Below are positions 10,354 through 24,100 of a stretch of 64,000 nt of DNA, one piece after another. The notes under the pieces were generated by a model that was given only the letters and a program-made list of their open reading frames with translations, did no database searches and had not been told where the DNA came from. The position numbers and the translations under genes were made by a program. Position 1 is the first letter of the stretch, and each line of letters starts with the position of its first letter. Location: positions 54,274,530 through 54,338,529 of the forward strand of contig NC_068987.1 in NCBI RefSeq assembly GCF_001194135.2. Direction: 5' to 3'. The DNA is from Octopus bimaculoides. Lineage: Eukaryota.

Positions 10354-13300
10354 NNNNNNNNNNGTCCAATAATACTATCCATATCACGTCCTCACTTTGT
10401 TGTTTTTTTGTTTTTTTGTTATTGTGTTTTTGAACTATATATATATATATATATATGTATACAACAGGTTTCTTTTTAGTTGTACACACACATACACAAT
10501 TGACTTATTTCAGTTTCCATCTACCAAATCTACTCTCAAGGCTTTGGTCAGCCTGAGGCTATAGTAGAAGACATTTGCCCAAGGTACCACACAGTGGAAC
10601 CAAAGCCAGAAATATCTGGTTAGGGAGCAAGTTTTTTATCACACAGCTACACCTGTGCTTATATATAGAAAGATGTAGCACAATAGTTGTAAGAGATGAG
10701 TAAATTTCTCTGTTGTCTTCTCCAGGCTTATTTTATGATTTAAGCTGACAGGCATGGCTGTGTGTGATGTCGAAGCTCACTTCCCAGTCACATGCTTTCA
10801 GGTTTAGCACCACATTTGCTCAAGATGCCATGCAGTGGCACTTTGAGCAAATGTCTTCTACTAAAGTAGCATAGTTATTTACCAATTGAGATTATTTTCA
10901 TTTCCTTTCATTTCAGCTACTTATCTGTTTGTATATCTATTGGTATATCTCTTTATCTGTTGATATGGCTGTAGACACAACCTACATATCTATTTATCCA
11001 GCCATCCTTCCTTCCTTCCTTTTGTCTTTCCCGCCTTCCTTCCTTTCCTGTCTGCTGGTATATGAATCTGTCTCCTCTCATAATACCGATAAGCATTTAA
11101 ACTTAATAACAAAAAGAAATAAATAAAAAATTAATAATGGTGGTGGCATCCCTGCATAGCCACAGCCTCTAGTCTTGAACAAGTTAAATATAAAAGTGTA
11201 ACATCCACAGCTATTTGCTAACTATCATGCTTGAGAAGAACCATTAAGCCAAGTGAAATCATTGTTGTGGACATTGTTGGTGTCACATATCTGGCATCGA
11301 TGCTGGTGGCACGTAAAAGGCACCTTTCGAGTATTGAGCCTCACTGAGGCAATGTTGCCAATGCCAGTGTCTCAGAATGGTTGGCGTTAGGAAGGGCACC
11401 CACCTATAGAAACCAGACCAAATCAGATTGGAGTTTGGCGCAGCCCCTCAGCTTACCAGCCCTGGTCAAACCATCCAACCCATGCCAGCATGGACGACGG
11501 ACACTAAATAATGATGATGATGATGATGATAATGATGATATATATATACATATATATAAAACTTTCTCCATTTGAGTTATTACCTCCTTTGATGTAGAAA
11601 CAAGCAGAATCCTACATTTTTTAAACTGAAAGATAAATATTAGATTTGTTATAAGGTCACTGGATAATAACAACACCAGCACCTGTCCTAGTACTGTTAG
11701 TCTCTATATTGCTAGCAAGAAGATGAGTTGCTGCTACCTCTAGCAGTTGAACATTCCTCATTGACAAGATCAAGGTTGAAATCACATGATCTGGTGGTCT
11801 TAGTGCTGGAGGTGGCAGGGATTTATCTCCCCACTAGCGATATAAGCTAGAGTGCATTTTGCACCCAAAGCCAATATGAGTTTCTCTCATGGTATCTACC
11901 GCAGTATAGTTTGTTCTAACAGAACATCCACATTTAAGTGGGGATAAATATTACTTCTCAGTATCAATGCTGCCTCTGTCACTAATAAATATTATTTATC
12001 TTAAGCAAGAATCTATTTCATACATGTCTTGCATTCATGTGACCATGTGGGTTCAGTTCCACTGCGTGGCACCTTGGACAAGTGTCTTCTGCTATAGCCT
12101 CGGCCAACCAAAGCCTTGTGAGTGAATTTGGTAGATGGAAACTGAAAGAAGCCCGTCGTATATATATATATATATATTTTTTTTTTCTCTGTTTTTCTCT
12201 TTGTTTTCTCCGTATTCTTTCTGTTGAAGAGTGTAGCTCGAAATGTTAATGAATTCCCCTATTCCCAAGCGTTAAACTAATACATCCTTTTGTTGTTTAC
12301 ACCACCTGTCCTCGTCTGTTGTTGTTTTTTTCGTAAATTCTCCCATATATATATATATGTGTTTGTGTGTCTGTGTTTGTCCCCCGCCAACATCGCTTGA
12401 CAACCGATGCTGGTGTGTTTACGTCCCCGAAACTTAGCAGTTCGGCAAAAGAGACCGATTGAAAGAGTACTAGGCTTACAAAGAATAAGTCCTGGGGTCG
12501 ATTTGCTCAACTAAAGGCGGTGCTCCAGCATGGTCACAGTCAAATGACTGAAACAAGTAAAAGAGTGTATATATACACACACACACACACACACATGACA
12601 GAAGTAGATAGACACCCTTATAATCATTAAAATTTATTTAAATTTGAAATTATTCATTCTAATTATCTATTAATTGTTATAATGTGGACATTTAATATTT
12701 AGTAGACATGCCCTTTGCATTTTTCAATGCAAGGACCCTATTAGACAGGTTACTGATCAGATGGTGAATATTCTCTTGAGGAATTCCTTACCAAGTTTCA
12801 TGCAGTGATCTCAGAAGATCTGGCTTTGAAGATGCTTTCTTGTTCTTTTTTTGAAGTGTCCTGTCCATTATATCCCAGCGGTGTTCAATAGGGTTCATAT
12901 CTGGTAACTGGCTTGGCTATGGACGCTTTTTAATGCCATTCTCACCCAACAAATCTTTGGTCATTTTAGCCATGTGACAAGGAGCCCCATCTTCCATAAT
13001 TAAAGTCTTCTTTAATCATTTCACCACTGGAGAAGATTAGAAGGAGTCCTTTCTGCAATGTGGACATGTATTTATCTGAGTTTATGTATCCCTCACACTC
13101 CACCAGCACTGATCAACCATTGCTCCAAATTACTCCCCAGACCATCACAGAATAGCTGCCTTGTTTCATTATTGGCTGCAATCTTTTAACATCAAATTCT
13201 TGATCACAGAGTCTCCAGACTCACACTCAACCACAATCAGGAAATACAGCAAATCTGGACTCATCAGAGAATATGGCAGTGTCCCAAAATACTAGTGACT

Positions 13301-16300
13301 TCTCCACCATCTCACTGGCCCGATCTTTTCTCCACTTGATGTTGGCTGGTCAAAGAAGGGGTTTCCTTCTTGCTGCTCTGCCATAGTAACCAAGTTTCTG
13401 GAGATACCTGACAGCTGTTCTGGGACTGACATCAACTTGCTCTGCTATGTCAGAGGCCTTGCAACAAGGATTATCCTCCACACTTCTCTTAACAAAGAGA
13501 AGGGTCCTGTCAGAGGGCCCTGATTGATCTAGGTGAGGTGATGTGGACTCCTTCACTACTCTGGTGAATTGCACAATCACTCTATTAACTGTAGAAAGCA
13601 GAATCCCAAGGTTTTCTCTGATTTTACACTGACTACATCCACCTTCAGAATGACCCACAATATGGCCTCTTTGAAATTCAGACAATTCCAAAGCTTCTTC
13701 TGTACATGGCCTGATTAAACAGTCACATATAGAACCTGAAACATGAAAATGTCAACTAATAAAAAATATAAACCTTCACAAGTTAGAATGAACATAAAAC
13801 AATGTTTTACGGGGTTTTTATTCACTTCTGTCACGTCTGTGTGTGTGTGGCCTTCGTAGGATTTTCGAGCAAGATCGTTGCCAGCGCCCCTGGACTGGCT
13901 CTTGTGCGGGTGGCACATAAAATACACTATTTTGAGCATGACCGTTGCCAGTACCGCCTGACTGGCCTTTGTACCGGTGGCACGTAAAAGCACTCACTAC
14001 ACTCTCGGAATGGTTGGCGTTAGGAAGGGCATCCAGCTGTAGAAACTCTGCCAAATCAGATTGGAGCCTGATGTAGCCATCTGGTTTCACCAGTCCTCAG
14101 TCAAATCGTCCAACCCATGCTAGCATGGAAAGCGGACGTTAAACGATGATGATGATGATATATATATATATGTGTGTGTGTAGAGAGAGAGACAGACAGA
14201 GACACACACAGATATTATGATTTTATATATGTATGACCTCATATAACCTGATTTTTCCAGTAGAACTTTATGTGCCTTTCATATCTGTGTTGTATCAGTA
14301 TGTCAAATATGTTTTGATTGGCCGATTGCTGTTTTGTCTGATTATTTAAACTAACACTAATCATTTAACCATTTTATTGCTTTTCACCTCACTAAACACA
14401 GATTAACAGATTTCATGACATTGTGTACTCATGTAAACCTTTCCATAACAGATTTTTATTTATTTTTTTATACTTTTTTTCACACCACTATTTTATATTT
14501 TGATGACACATCAGATAGAACTGTTATTATGTAATTATTATTACTAGTTTTGTGGTTGTGGACTTCTGTGAATGTTGTCAAAATAGCTGTATAGTGTTTG
14601 TTATCTGTATTTTCTTATATGATTAGCTTTCAGCATTCAATATAGCTAACTATAAACTCTATGCAACACCGTACATGTTTTGCAGGCCTTTCTCTCATGT
14701 ACAAGCACTAATTTGCAAATACACACATTCACACGCACACGTGTGCCCGCATATATGCACATATGTAAAAGCATTCCAGGGATTCTCCATTTGAGGTTCA
14801 TAGGTGAAGACATGCATATGGAATACATATGCATGATGCATGCACACACATGAACAGTAATGAAACATACATACTCATGCTCTATTGTGACACACCCACT
14901 ACGGCAATTTTATCCACATGCACACATATAACGCTCACATCAACCAGTTCATAAAACTACAAATCCCAAGAGCTGTCTTGACTTTAAACAAAAGTGATTT
15001 ACTACTTCGTTAGTGACCAGCGTAAATATCCAAATGAAAAAAACTTAGAATAAATCCCAAAGAACACGTACATACATGTGTGTGTGTGTGTGTGTGTGTG
15101 TACACACACATATATTTGTCTATGTATGTACGTATGTATTACCATCATTATCATTTAATGTCCATTTACCATGGTAGCATAGGTTGGATGGTTTGACAGG
15201 AGCATATACAGGCATACCTTACCCTACATCATTAATTAGTTCCAGGAGACATGACTTAAGTTGAATTAACTTGTCTCTAAACTAAACCAATAATAACCAT
15301 TCCCAGTTCTGTACTTTATTTATGAATGCAGTTTCAATAATACATACTAAATAAAAAGTTATTTTAAGCTTACAAACAAATGATTTTTTATTTTTAATAC
15401 AGTACAGTAAAAAAAAAATAATCTAAATTTATGGATACAATTTGGTGGTGTTTACCATATATTGTGGATGCTTTATTTATGAATGCTGTTTGCAACAAGA
15501 CATGGTAAAAGAAAAGCCATTTTTAAGCTTAACAAACAAATTCAGTAATTATTGCATCGGGACATCTTTCGCATTGAAGATCGGTGGTTGTCATACGCTG
15601 AGGACGGGTAAATACCCAGAAACTCGAGTCCGTGCGTATCACAGATCAAGATGGGAAGGATGACTTCCCTTTGCAAATACAGACAGGACACAGATGTGTG
15701 TCAATAGCTAGCTGGAGGAGATGTTCTCCTGGGGCTAAAAGCAACAGTAACATCCACCCTTAGGGTTCAGCCACATTTAAGTGGCAAATATACTTCACGT
15801 TGTCGTGCAGTTACTGTTAATATCTTGTTCAGAGATTTAACATTGATTGTCAGTAATTATTATTATTTTGCAATAGTAAAAAAAACGAAATTATTTTAAA
15901 TTTACCAATATGTTCATACAATTTGGTGGTTTACATCACGTAAGTAGATGGCTGTGGATTGTCAACATCAACAGCTGACTCTGGCTGTTCCTGTTGTTTG
16001 ATACACTTGTAACGTGGCTCAGGTTTAACTTCCTCTTCTTCTTTATTTTGCTGCTCGTGAATCTCTATCAAATCCTCATTCATCAGGGCCTGCTTATCTT
16101 TTTCAAAGAAATCTGTAAAATCCTCTTCCAAATCCATTTCCAGTTCTTTGCTCGTAGTCACCAACATTTTGTTGATGGCAACATTATCAAACCCCTTAAA
16201 ATCATTCGTGAATTGTGGGCATAGCTTCTTCCATACACCATTCCTAGCCATGCTCTTCACATCATTCCATGCTGCTGCTATGTTCTGTACAGCCTTGTAG

Positions 16301-19300
16301 ATATCGTATCTCTTCCAAAAGTCTCAAAGTGTGATAGACTTGTCAAGGTCAGTTACAGCTATTGCTTGCTGCAGCATATGCTTCATATAGTAACACTTGA
16401 AGATAGCAATTATTCCCTGATCCATTGGCTGCAGAAGAGACATGGTGTTCGGAGGGAGGTATACGATGGTAACATTGGGGTCAAAATCTAGAATGTTTTG
16501 CAGGTAGTCAGGAGCATTATCTAAGAAAAGTAAAACCTTAAAAGGAATCCCCTTCTCCTTACCGTACTTCTCTGCTACTGGGATAAAATGATTGAAGAAC
16601 CAATCTTCAAAAGCAACAACAGTAACCCATGCTTTTGAATTAGCCATCCATACAACAAGGAGAGACGCCTTGAGTATGTTCCACAGGGCACGGGTGTTGT
16701 GTGCATGATACACAAGCAATGGCTTTAACTTAAAATCTCCTGCACAATTACCTCCCAACATAATGGTGACACGGTCTTTTGAGACCTTGCAGCCTGGAAT
16801 AGTTTTCTCCTCCTTGGAAATGAATGAACAGTCTGGCAATTTTTTTCCAATACAATCCAGTTTCGTCTACGTTAAAAATCTGTTCAGAAGAAACCTGTTT
16901 TCTTCAATGATTTTCTTAAATGCACTGGAAATTCCGCTGCTGCTTGTTCGTCAACTGATGCACTCTCACCTTGTTTCTTAATGGAGTGATAACTTCTTCG
17001 CTCCTTAAATCTCATGAACCATCCTTGACTTGCCTTGAACTCTACATCTTTCTCATCTGGATATTTTTTCTTCAAGTCCTCAAACAAAAGACAAGGCTTT
17101 CTCTTGAATGATTTCTTGACTAATAGTAGCACTCTGATGATTCAACCTAACAATCCAAAGAGAAAAAAGACTTTCCATTTCTTCAAAGATTTTGCCTCTT
17201 TTTTATTGACGACAGTATTCTTCATCCCCGGGGCTTCAGATTTGATATGTGCTAAAATCCTGTCCTTATTATGTACAATCGTCGATACAGTTGTCCAGAT
17301 CATCTCAAAAGATTGTGCAACTGCTACCACTTCTTCACCTTTTTCATGGCATTTTATCACAGCCAGTTTATCTTCCAGCATTATAGTATGACATTTAGCA
17401 CTTCACTATGAATTTTCTTAGGAGTAATGGGGGGCAAAAAATAAAGTCACAAATGAATGAGAATGAGAAAGGAGCCAATAAACAGACGTAAACAAATCTG
17501 AATTCAAAGCAATTGTGGGAATCATGAGTTACAACGATGCCGAACAGTAAATATTGGAACTACAGTGCAATATGAGCTCCCAAAAAAACGATAAATAAGA
17601 TAACACAGCTGATTTCATGATTTTGTTCACTAAGCTACGCTACTCTATGGTGTGTTTCTTAACATCTGCTGTATGCATTTTAATATGATTTTATATTATG
17701 CTTTTATTGTATTTATTATACAGTAACATGATTTTATGTGCTTTTAATGGTTTTCTAGTGATTTTACGATTCCAATATTTGTGGCAGACAGATGTGAAGT
17801 CAAGTAAAATGACTTAACTTGATTTTTATTTTACCATATATTATTTTTGAAAACCGACGTATAATCGAGAATGACTTAAATCAAAACGTTAAACCAAGGT
17901 ATACCTGTATATATATATCATCATCATCATCATCATCATTGTTTAACGTCCGCTTTCCATGCTAGCATGGGTTGGACGATTTGACTGAGGACTGGTGCAA
18001 CCGGATGGCTACACCAGGCTCCAATCTAATTTGGCAGAGTTTCTACAGCTGGATGCCCTTCCTAACGCCAACCACTCAGAGAGTGTAGTGGGTGCTTTTA
18101 CGTGTCACCCGCACGAAAACGGCCACGCTCGAAATGGTGTCTTTTATGTGCCACCTGCACAAGAGCCAGTCCAGGGGCACTGGCAACGATCTCACTTGGC
18201 TTACCGGGTCTTCTCACGCACAGCACATTTCCAAAGGTCTCGGTCAGTAGTCATCGCCTCGGTGAGGCCCAATGTTCGAAGGTCTTGCCTCACCATATAT
18301 TGGTGTTAGAAACGGCATCCAGCTGTAGAAACCAAGTGAAAACAGACTATGGAACCTGGTGTGGCCCCCGGCCTTACTAATTCCTGATAAGCTGTCCAAC
18401 CCATTCCACCATAGAAAATGGGCATTAAATGATGGCGGCAGCAGCTGCTGTTGCTGCTGCTGCTTCTTCTATTGAGACATTATGTTTCAGGATAAGTTAT
18501 AAATAAATTTAAGGTACCTGTGCACATCTCATAAGCACATCTTTAGCCTCACTTTGGAAATAGATTTTCTTGTTAAACCACAGGCCTCACTGAACGGAAT
18601 GAATAAAACAACAACAAAAACTCGACTACAATATTTGTAAATCTAAGTGAGGACACGTCACTTCAAAATGAAAAAAAACAATTTCAAAGTGAGCACATGT
18701 CACTTAAAAGTTACTTTACTTGATTTATTTAACCAAGATTATACAGAATGTAGAATCCAAGAATACATAATTAGAACTGTTCACAGAGAAGAGGAAAAAA
18801 AGATATCAGTGTCATTGCTACTGTGTCAAGCACTGAGGGACAGGTCCTTGTCAGAATCTCATAATTATACACAGAAGGCACAGTTTGTAAAGTTTCTTTG
18901 TCATTTAACTGAAGCATTTCTAGGCCATGAATATATCTGCATATTTGATCATTTGTCTGTTTACCATGGGATCAAAATTACCATACAGGACGCTTACCGT
19001 TGCTGTTTGAACCATCTGCTATTTGCCTACACTTTTAATCCCGCAGAGGAATGCTTTTCATGAATAAGATATACACTGTAATTAGAACTTTCTCCAGCAG
19101 ACATTTATGCAGAAGTAGTGGAACAGTCCTGCAAGTGTTACAAAAGTCTCAGATGGAGAGAATATTCTTAGAAAATTAGTGTTGAATGTCATTGGTGTGG
19201 TTAGCCCTGAAAAAGTTGGGAGTATTACGAGCCTGTATATGATGGCTGGGTGGTAAGAAGCTTGCTTCCTAAGTACATGGTTCTGGGTTCAGTCCCACTA

Positions 19301-19397
19301 CATGACACTTTGTGCAGGTGCTTTCTACTGTAGTCTCAAGCTGACTAAAGCCTTGTGAGTGAATTTGGTAGACGAAAACTGAAAGAAGCCCATCATA

Positions 19398-19444
<47 letters not shown>

Positions 19445-21145
19445 CATTGTCATCATCATCATTTAACATTCATTTTCCATGCTTACATGGGTTGGGCAAT
19501 TTCACAGGAGCCAACCAACTGAATGGCTGTTTGGGCCCCTTGTCTGTTTTGACATGGTTTCCACTGCTGGATGCCCTTCCTGATACCAACCATTTTACAG
19601 AGTGCACTCGGTGCTTTTATGCAGCACCAGCATGGGCGCTTTTCATGTGGCACCAGCACCTATGTGCTAGAGAGGTTTGCAAGGGCAACCAAACCATAAT
19701 NNNNNNNNNNNNNNNNNNNNNNNNNNNNNNNNNNNNNNNNNNNNNNNNNNNNNNNNNNNNNNNNNNNNNNNNNNNNNNNNNNNNNNNNNNNNNNNNNNNN
19801 GCCCTTCCTGTTGCTAACCCTCACCTGTTTCCAAGCAAGGTAATATTTCTTCATGTCCTGTCATACAAGGGTTAGCTGAAAAGTTCATAGGCTAACCAAG
19901 ACTGTCTCATGGGATGAGAGTGTCTTGGTCAGCCTATGAACTTTTCAGGCTGCATCAACAACAACAGATATGACATCATTATCACTGTGGTACTGGTTTC
20001 AAGCCAAGTATTTTCATATTGGGGGAACAGATGATAGTTAGATGGAACCAATTCAGGAGAATAGGGAGGCTGATCAACCAGTTCACTTCCACAGTCATGC
20101 ACAGCAGCCACTGAAACCAGACTCACTGGCTAATCACAACCCCAGCACCTATTTTGGCACTGTTTTTCTGTGCTGGATAATTGTTTTGATGAAACAAAGA
20201 TCCCTTTTATCAGTTTTCCTGGGTGTTTAGTCTTGGTAGCCTTTCATAACTGTCTCAGTAAGTTGGCATACTTCTTTCTATTGATGGTGAGGCCCTTTTG
20301 AAGATAGTCAATTAACACAATGCCATTTGCATCCCAAAAAATTATGGCCATCACCTTCTCTGCCGATGAAACGACCTTGGCCTTCTTTGAAGCAGGTGAG
20401 GAGGGGTGCGTCCAGTGCATGAACTGTCTCTTTGTCTCTGATTTAAAGTGGTGAAGCCAACACCCATTCTGGCTAAGGAAACATTCAAGGAAACCAGCTG
20501 CATCTTCCTCAAACAATGTCAGATTTTCTTGTGATGTGATCAGCTGTCAAAGGACGCGACCCCCACCGAGTAGAAACTTTCATCCTGCCAAATTTTTGTG
20601 CAGAATATTTTCAACTCTGTCACAGGATATGAAAATAGCATTGGTTGTTTGTTTTTTAATCAATTGCCTGTCATTCATTAGCATGTGGTGAACACGACAA
20701 TATTTTCCTTTGTGGTAGCAGTTGCAGGACATTCAGATCTTGGGTCGTCTTCAAGTCTCCCTTCCACTCCTAAATTCAGTTGCTCACTTTTACGCTTTTG
20801 ATAAAACTGGAGCATCATTTCCTAATGTAGCAACCATGCAGCATAAATACCTTTGGGGTCTAAAGTCTTTTTCTGCCGGTACTTCATAACACGACAATGC
20901 CAAATTTTGTCAATTTTCAAGAGAAGTCACTACTGGTTACTTCTGAAGTGTTCTTTGAACAGCTAGATGTCAGTACCTGGAAAGAAACTATGCCTTTATT
21001 AATAAGAAGAGTGGAAATTAATGCATGCAAGATTTCACAGCTCAAGCATCACTCCTTCATAGTCAGCCTATGAACTTTTCAGCCCACCCTTATACACACT
21101 AAACAAACACATAACACATATAACAATCATGTGTACACCCAACAG

Positions 21146-21177
<32 letters not shown>

Positions 21178-24100
21178 TTATACACACAAACATGTTTATA
21201 TGACATTGGTAGACTAATTCTGTGGACACAGTTACTGTCTCCCAGAAATCACCCCGTGGTGGACATGCATAGTGTGTGTGTGTATATATGAAAGGGTGCT
21301 AAAAAGTTCCTGGCTTTAAGGATATTGCAAAAGGCCTGACTGGAGGCCCAACCTCCCAAGTTCTTTTACAGGGCTTAGAAAAACCGAAGGACCACTGCAA
21401 TATGTGTGTGAATCTGAGAGGGAAATATGTTGAATAAAATCATAGTTAACTGGTCCTCCTCTATTTTGCTTTACCCAAAACCAGGAACTTTTCAGCACTC
21501 CCTCATATATATAATGTATGTAATTACCCCTTAGTATCAGTGCTGTTTCTGTTGCTAGTATATACTTTTTAACGAGCTCACTGGCTAACCTCAATACCAG
21601 CACCTGTCCTAGCACTGTTATTCTATATATCACTGACTGGGAGATGAGTCACTGCTACCTCAACTGGCTGAGTGTCCATCATTGACAAGACCGAGGAAGG
21701 TCAAAATCATGTGATCTGGTGGTCTTAGCGCTGGAGATTGCAGGGGTTTATCTCCCCATTAGCGATATTAACAAGAGTGCTTTCTGCACCAGAAGCCTAT
21801 ATGAGACTTTCTCTCATGGTATCTTCCACAGTATAGTTTGTTCTAACAGAACATCCATGATTAAGTGGGGATAAATATTACCTTTTGGTATTAATACTGC
21901 CTCTGTTGCTAATATATATAAAGTATTTATTGTTTGTATGTAATGTATGTATTTTTTGTATGTGTATGTGCATACAAGTGTATGTATATGTGTATGAACA
22001 AATGAGTTATGTGAGTAACGTATGCATTTATATGTGTGTGCTTGTGTGTGTATGGTATCAGTTCTCTCAGCCATTCACTGTATGTGATGCATTAATATAT
22101 TAATATGTTTACAGTTCATATCTCTGCTATAATTTCTTACAGAAAGTAATATCCCTCATGAAGTTGTTGCCGCTATTGACATCAACCCTGTGGCCAATAA
22201 GATTTACTCCTACAATTTCCCACACACAAATCTTCTAGAGACTGGCATTGAAGTAAGTAATATCCCTTTTTTTAAATATTTTAACTGTTATCTTTTATTT
22301 GTTTCAGTCATTGGATTGCAGCCATGCTGGGGCACTACCTTATGTCAATACATTGACATGAGTACTTATTTTTTTAAAGCCTGGTACTTATTCTGTTGGT
22401 CTCTTTTGCCAAACTGCTAAGTTACAAAGATGTAAACACACCAGCACTGGTTGTCAAGCAATGGTGGGGAGGGCAAACACAGATTCAAAGACATACACAC
22501 ATGGATATATTTATACATGTATACAACAGGTTTCTTTCAATTTCCATGTACCAGATCCATTCACAAGGCTTTGGCCAGCCCAAGACTATAGTAGAAAACA
22601 CTTGCCTACCCAAGGTGTCACACAGTGGAACTGAACCCCAAACCATGTGGTTGAGAAGCAAGCTTCTCACCATGCAGCCACACCTGCACCTATGTATATT
22701 TTCAAACTACTGTCTCACAAACATACCGTTCCTATTTTCTGCCTAACCTTCTTTGAGGTCCTTAACCATTTTGATACCAGTGGAGGTGTGTGGCTTAGTG
22801 GTTAGAGTGTTGGACTCATGATCGTAAGATTGTGGTTTCAATTCCTGGACTGGGCGACATGTTGAGTGCTTGAGCAAAACATTTCATTTCACGTTGCTCC
22901 AGTCCACTCAGCTGACAAAAATGAATAAGTCCTATGAGTATCTGCTGTCCTGTCCCGGTGGGGAATATATATGACATGAAGCTGGAAAACCAGCCCTTGT
23001 GAGTCGATACAACTCGAGAAGGTAACTTTACCATTACCTTTTATTTTGATACCAGCCTGTCTAAGACTGACCTTGGTTTCATGATACAAACTTCCTGTAT
23101 TAAAGACCATCTCTCAGAATTCTGTTAATTTACATGCCAAACACCAGCTTAGCCCTTTCCATACCAACCAGCTTGAGACAACCCCTGGTTCTGTGATACT
23201 AATCAAAATCCATTTTTAACCCTTTAGCATTTAAACCAGCCTTATCCGGCCCAAATATTCTACCAGTGTTATCTCTTCAAACCAGCCAGATCCTGCTTCT
23301 CATACAGAGCCTACAATGTAATTCTAAAAATAAACAATTACATCATCAAAATCTTGAAGCTATGAAATAATTCATGATTAATTCAAAATAACATGAATAA
23401 AGAAGCATTACATATGCTAGAATAATCTGAATGCTAAAAGAGTTATAGTGATTTTCTTAAAGTCTTCTATCAAAATTTCATGCTAATTTTTCTACCAAAC
23501 ACCAACCGGCTCGTTAACTATAATATTACTTTACTGAATTCTTCAATGTTCTCAAAATTGAGATGAAAGTAGTGGTAGTGAAAAGATTAATAACGACAAA
23601 ATTATTTTACCAACTTCTTTGTTATCTTCAAAATTAATCGAAAAAGAAACTGTCATGTATTTCATTGGAAATATTGAGACGAAAGGGTTAATTAATAATG
23701 GCAAGTATTTTTGGTTTTTTTTACTAAGTTCTTCGTTATTGTCATAATTGAAATAAAGGTAGCGTATTTCAACAGATATATTTTGATGAAAGGGTTATTA
23801 GTGACAGTTGTTTTATTAAATTCTTCATTATTTTCAAAATTAATTGCAATGAAGGTAATGTATTTCATTAGAAATATAGTAACATAAGAGTTAATTACAA
23901 ATCTTATGGATATGGTACATTTCTGCTGATAGTATAATTAATAAGAACCAACAACTTTTCAGTTAGTAGATCAATTCTCTGTTGGTTTAGTTCAAGATGA
24001 CTTTGTCACATACAAATCAGTACCGGAAATGGGACATCATCTGTAGAATCTTAGATTGCAGGTTCAATACTCTAGTGTTACAACTAACTACAGATCCTTA

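Noticed and set aside
16324-16839. Domesticated CENP-B/TIGD-like host gene
   Set aside because: The transposase is split by frameshifts and stops and is bounded by TIRs with TA flanks, so it is a decayed Tigger.
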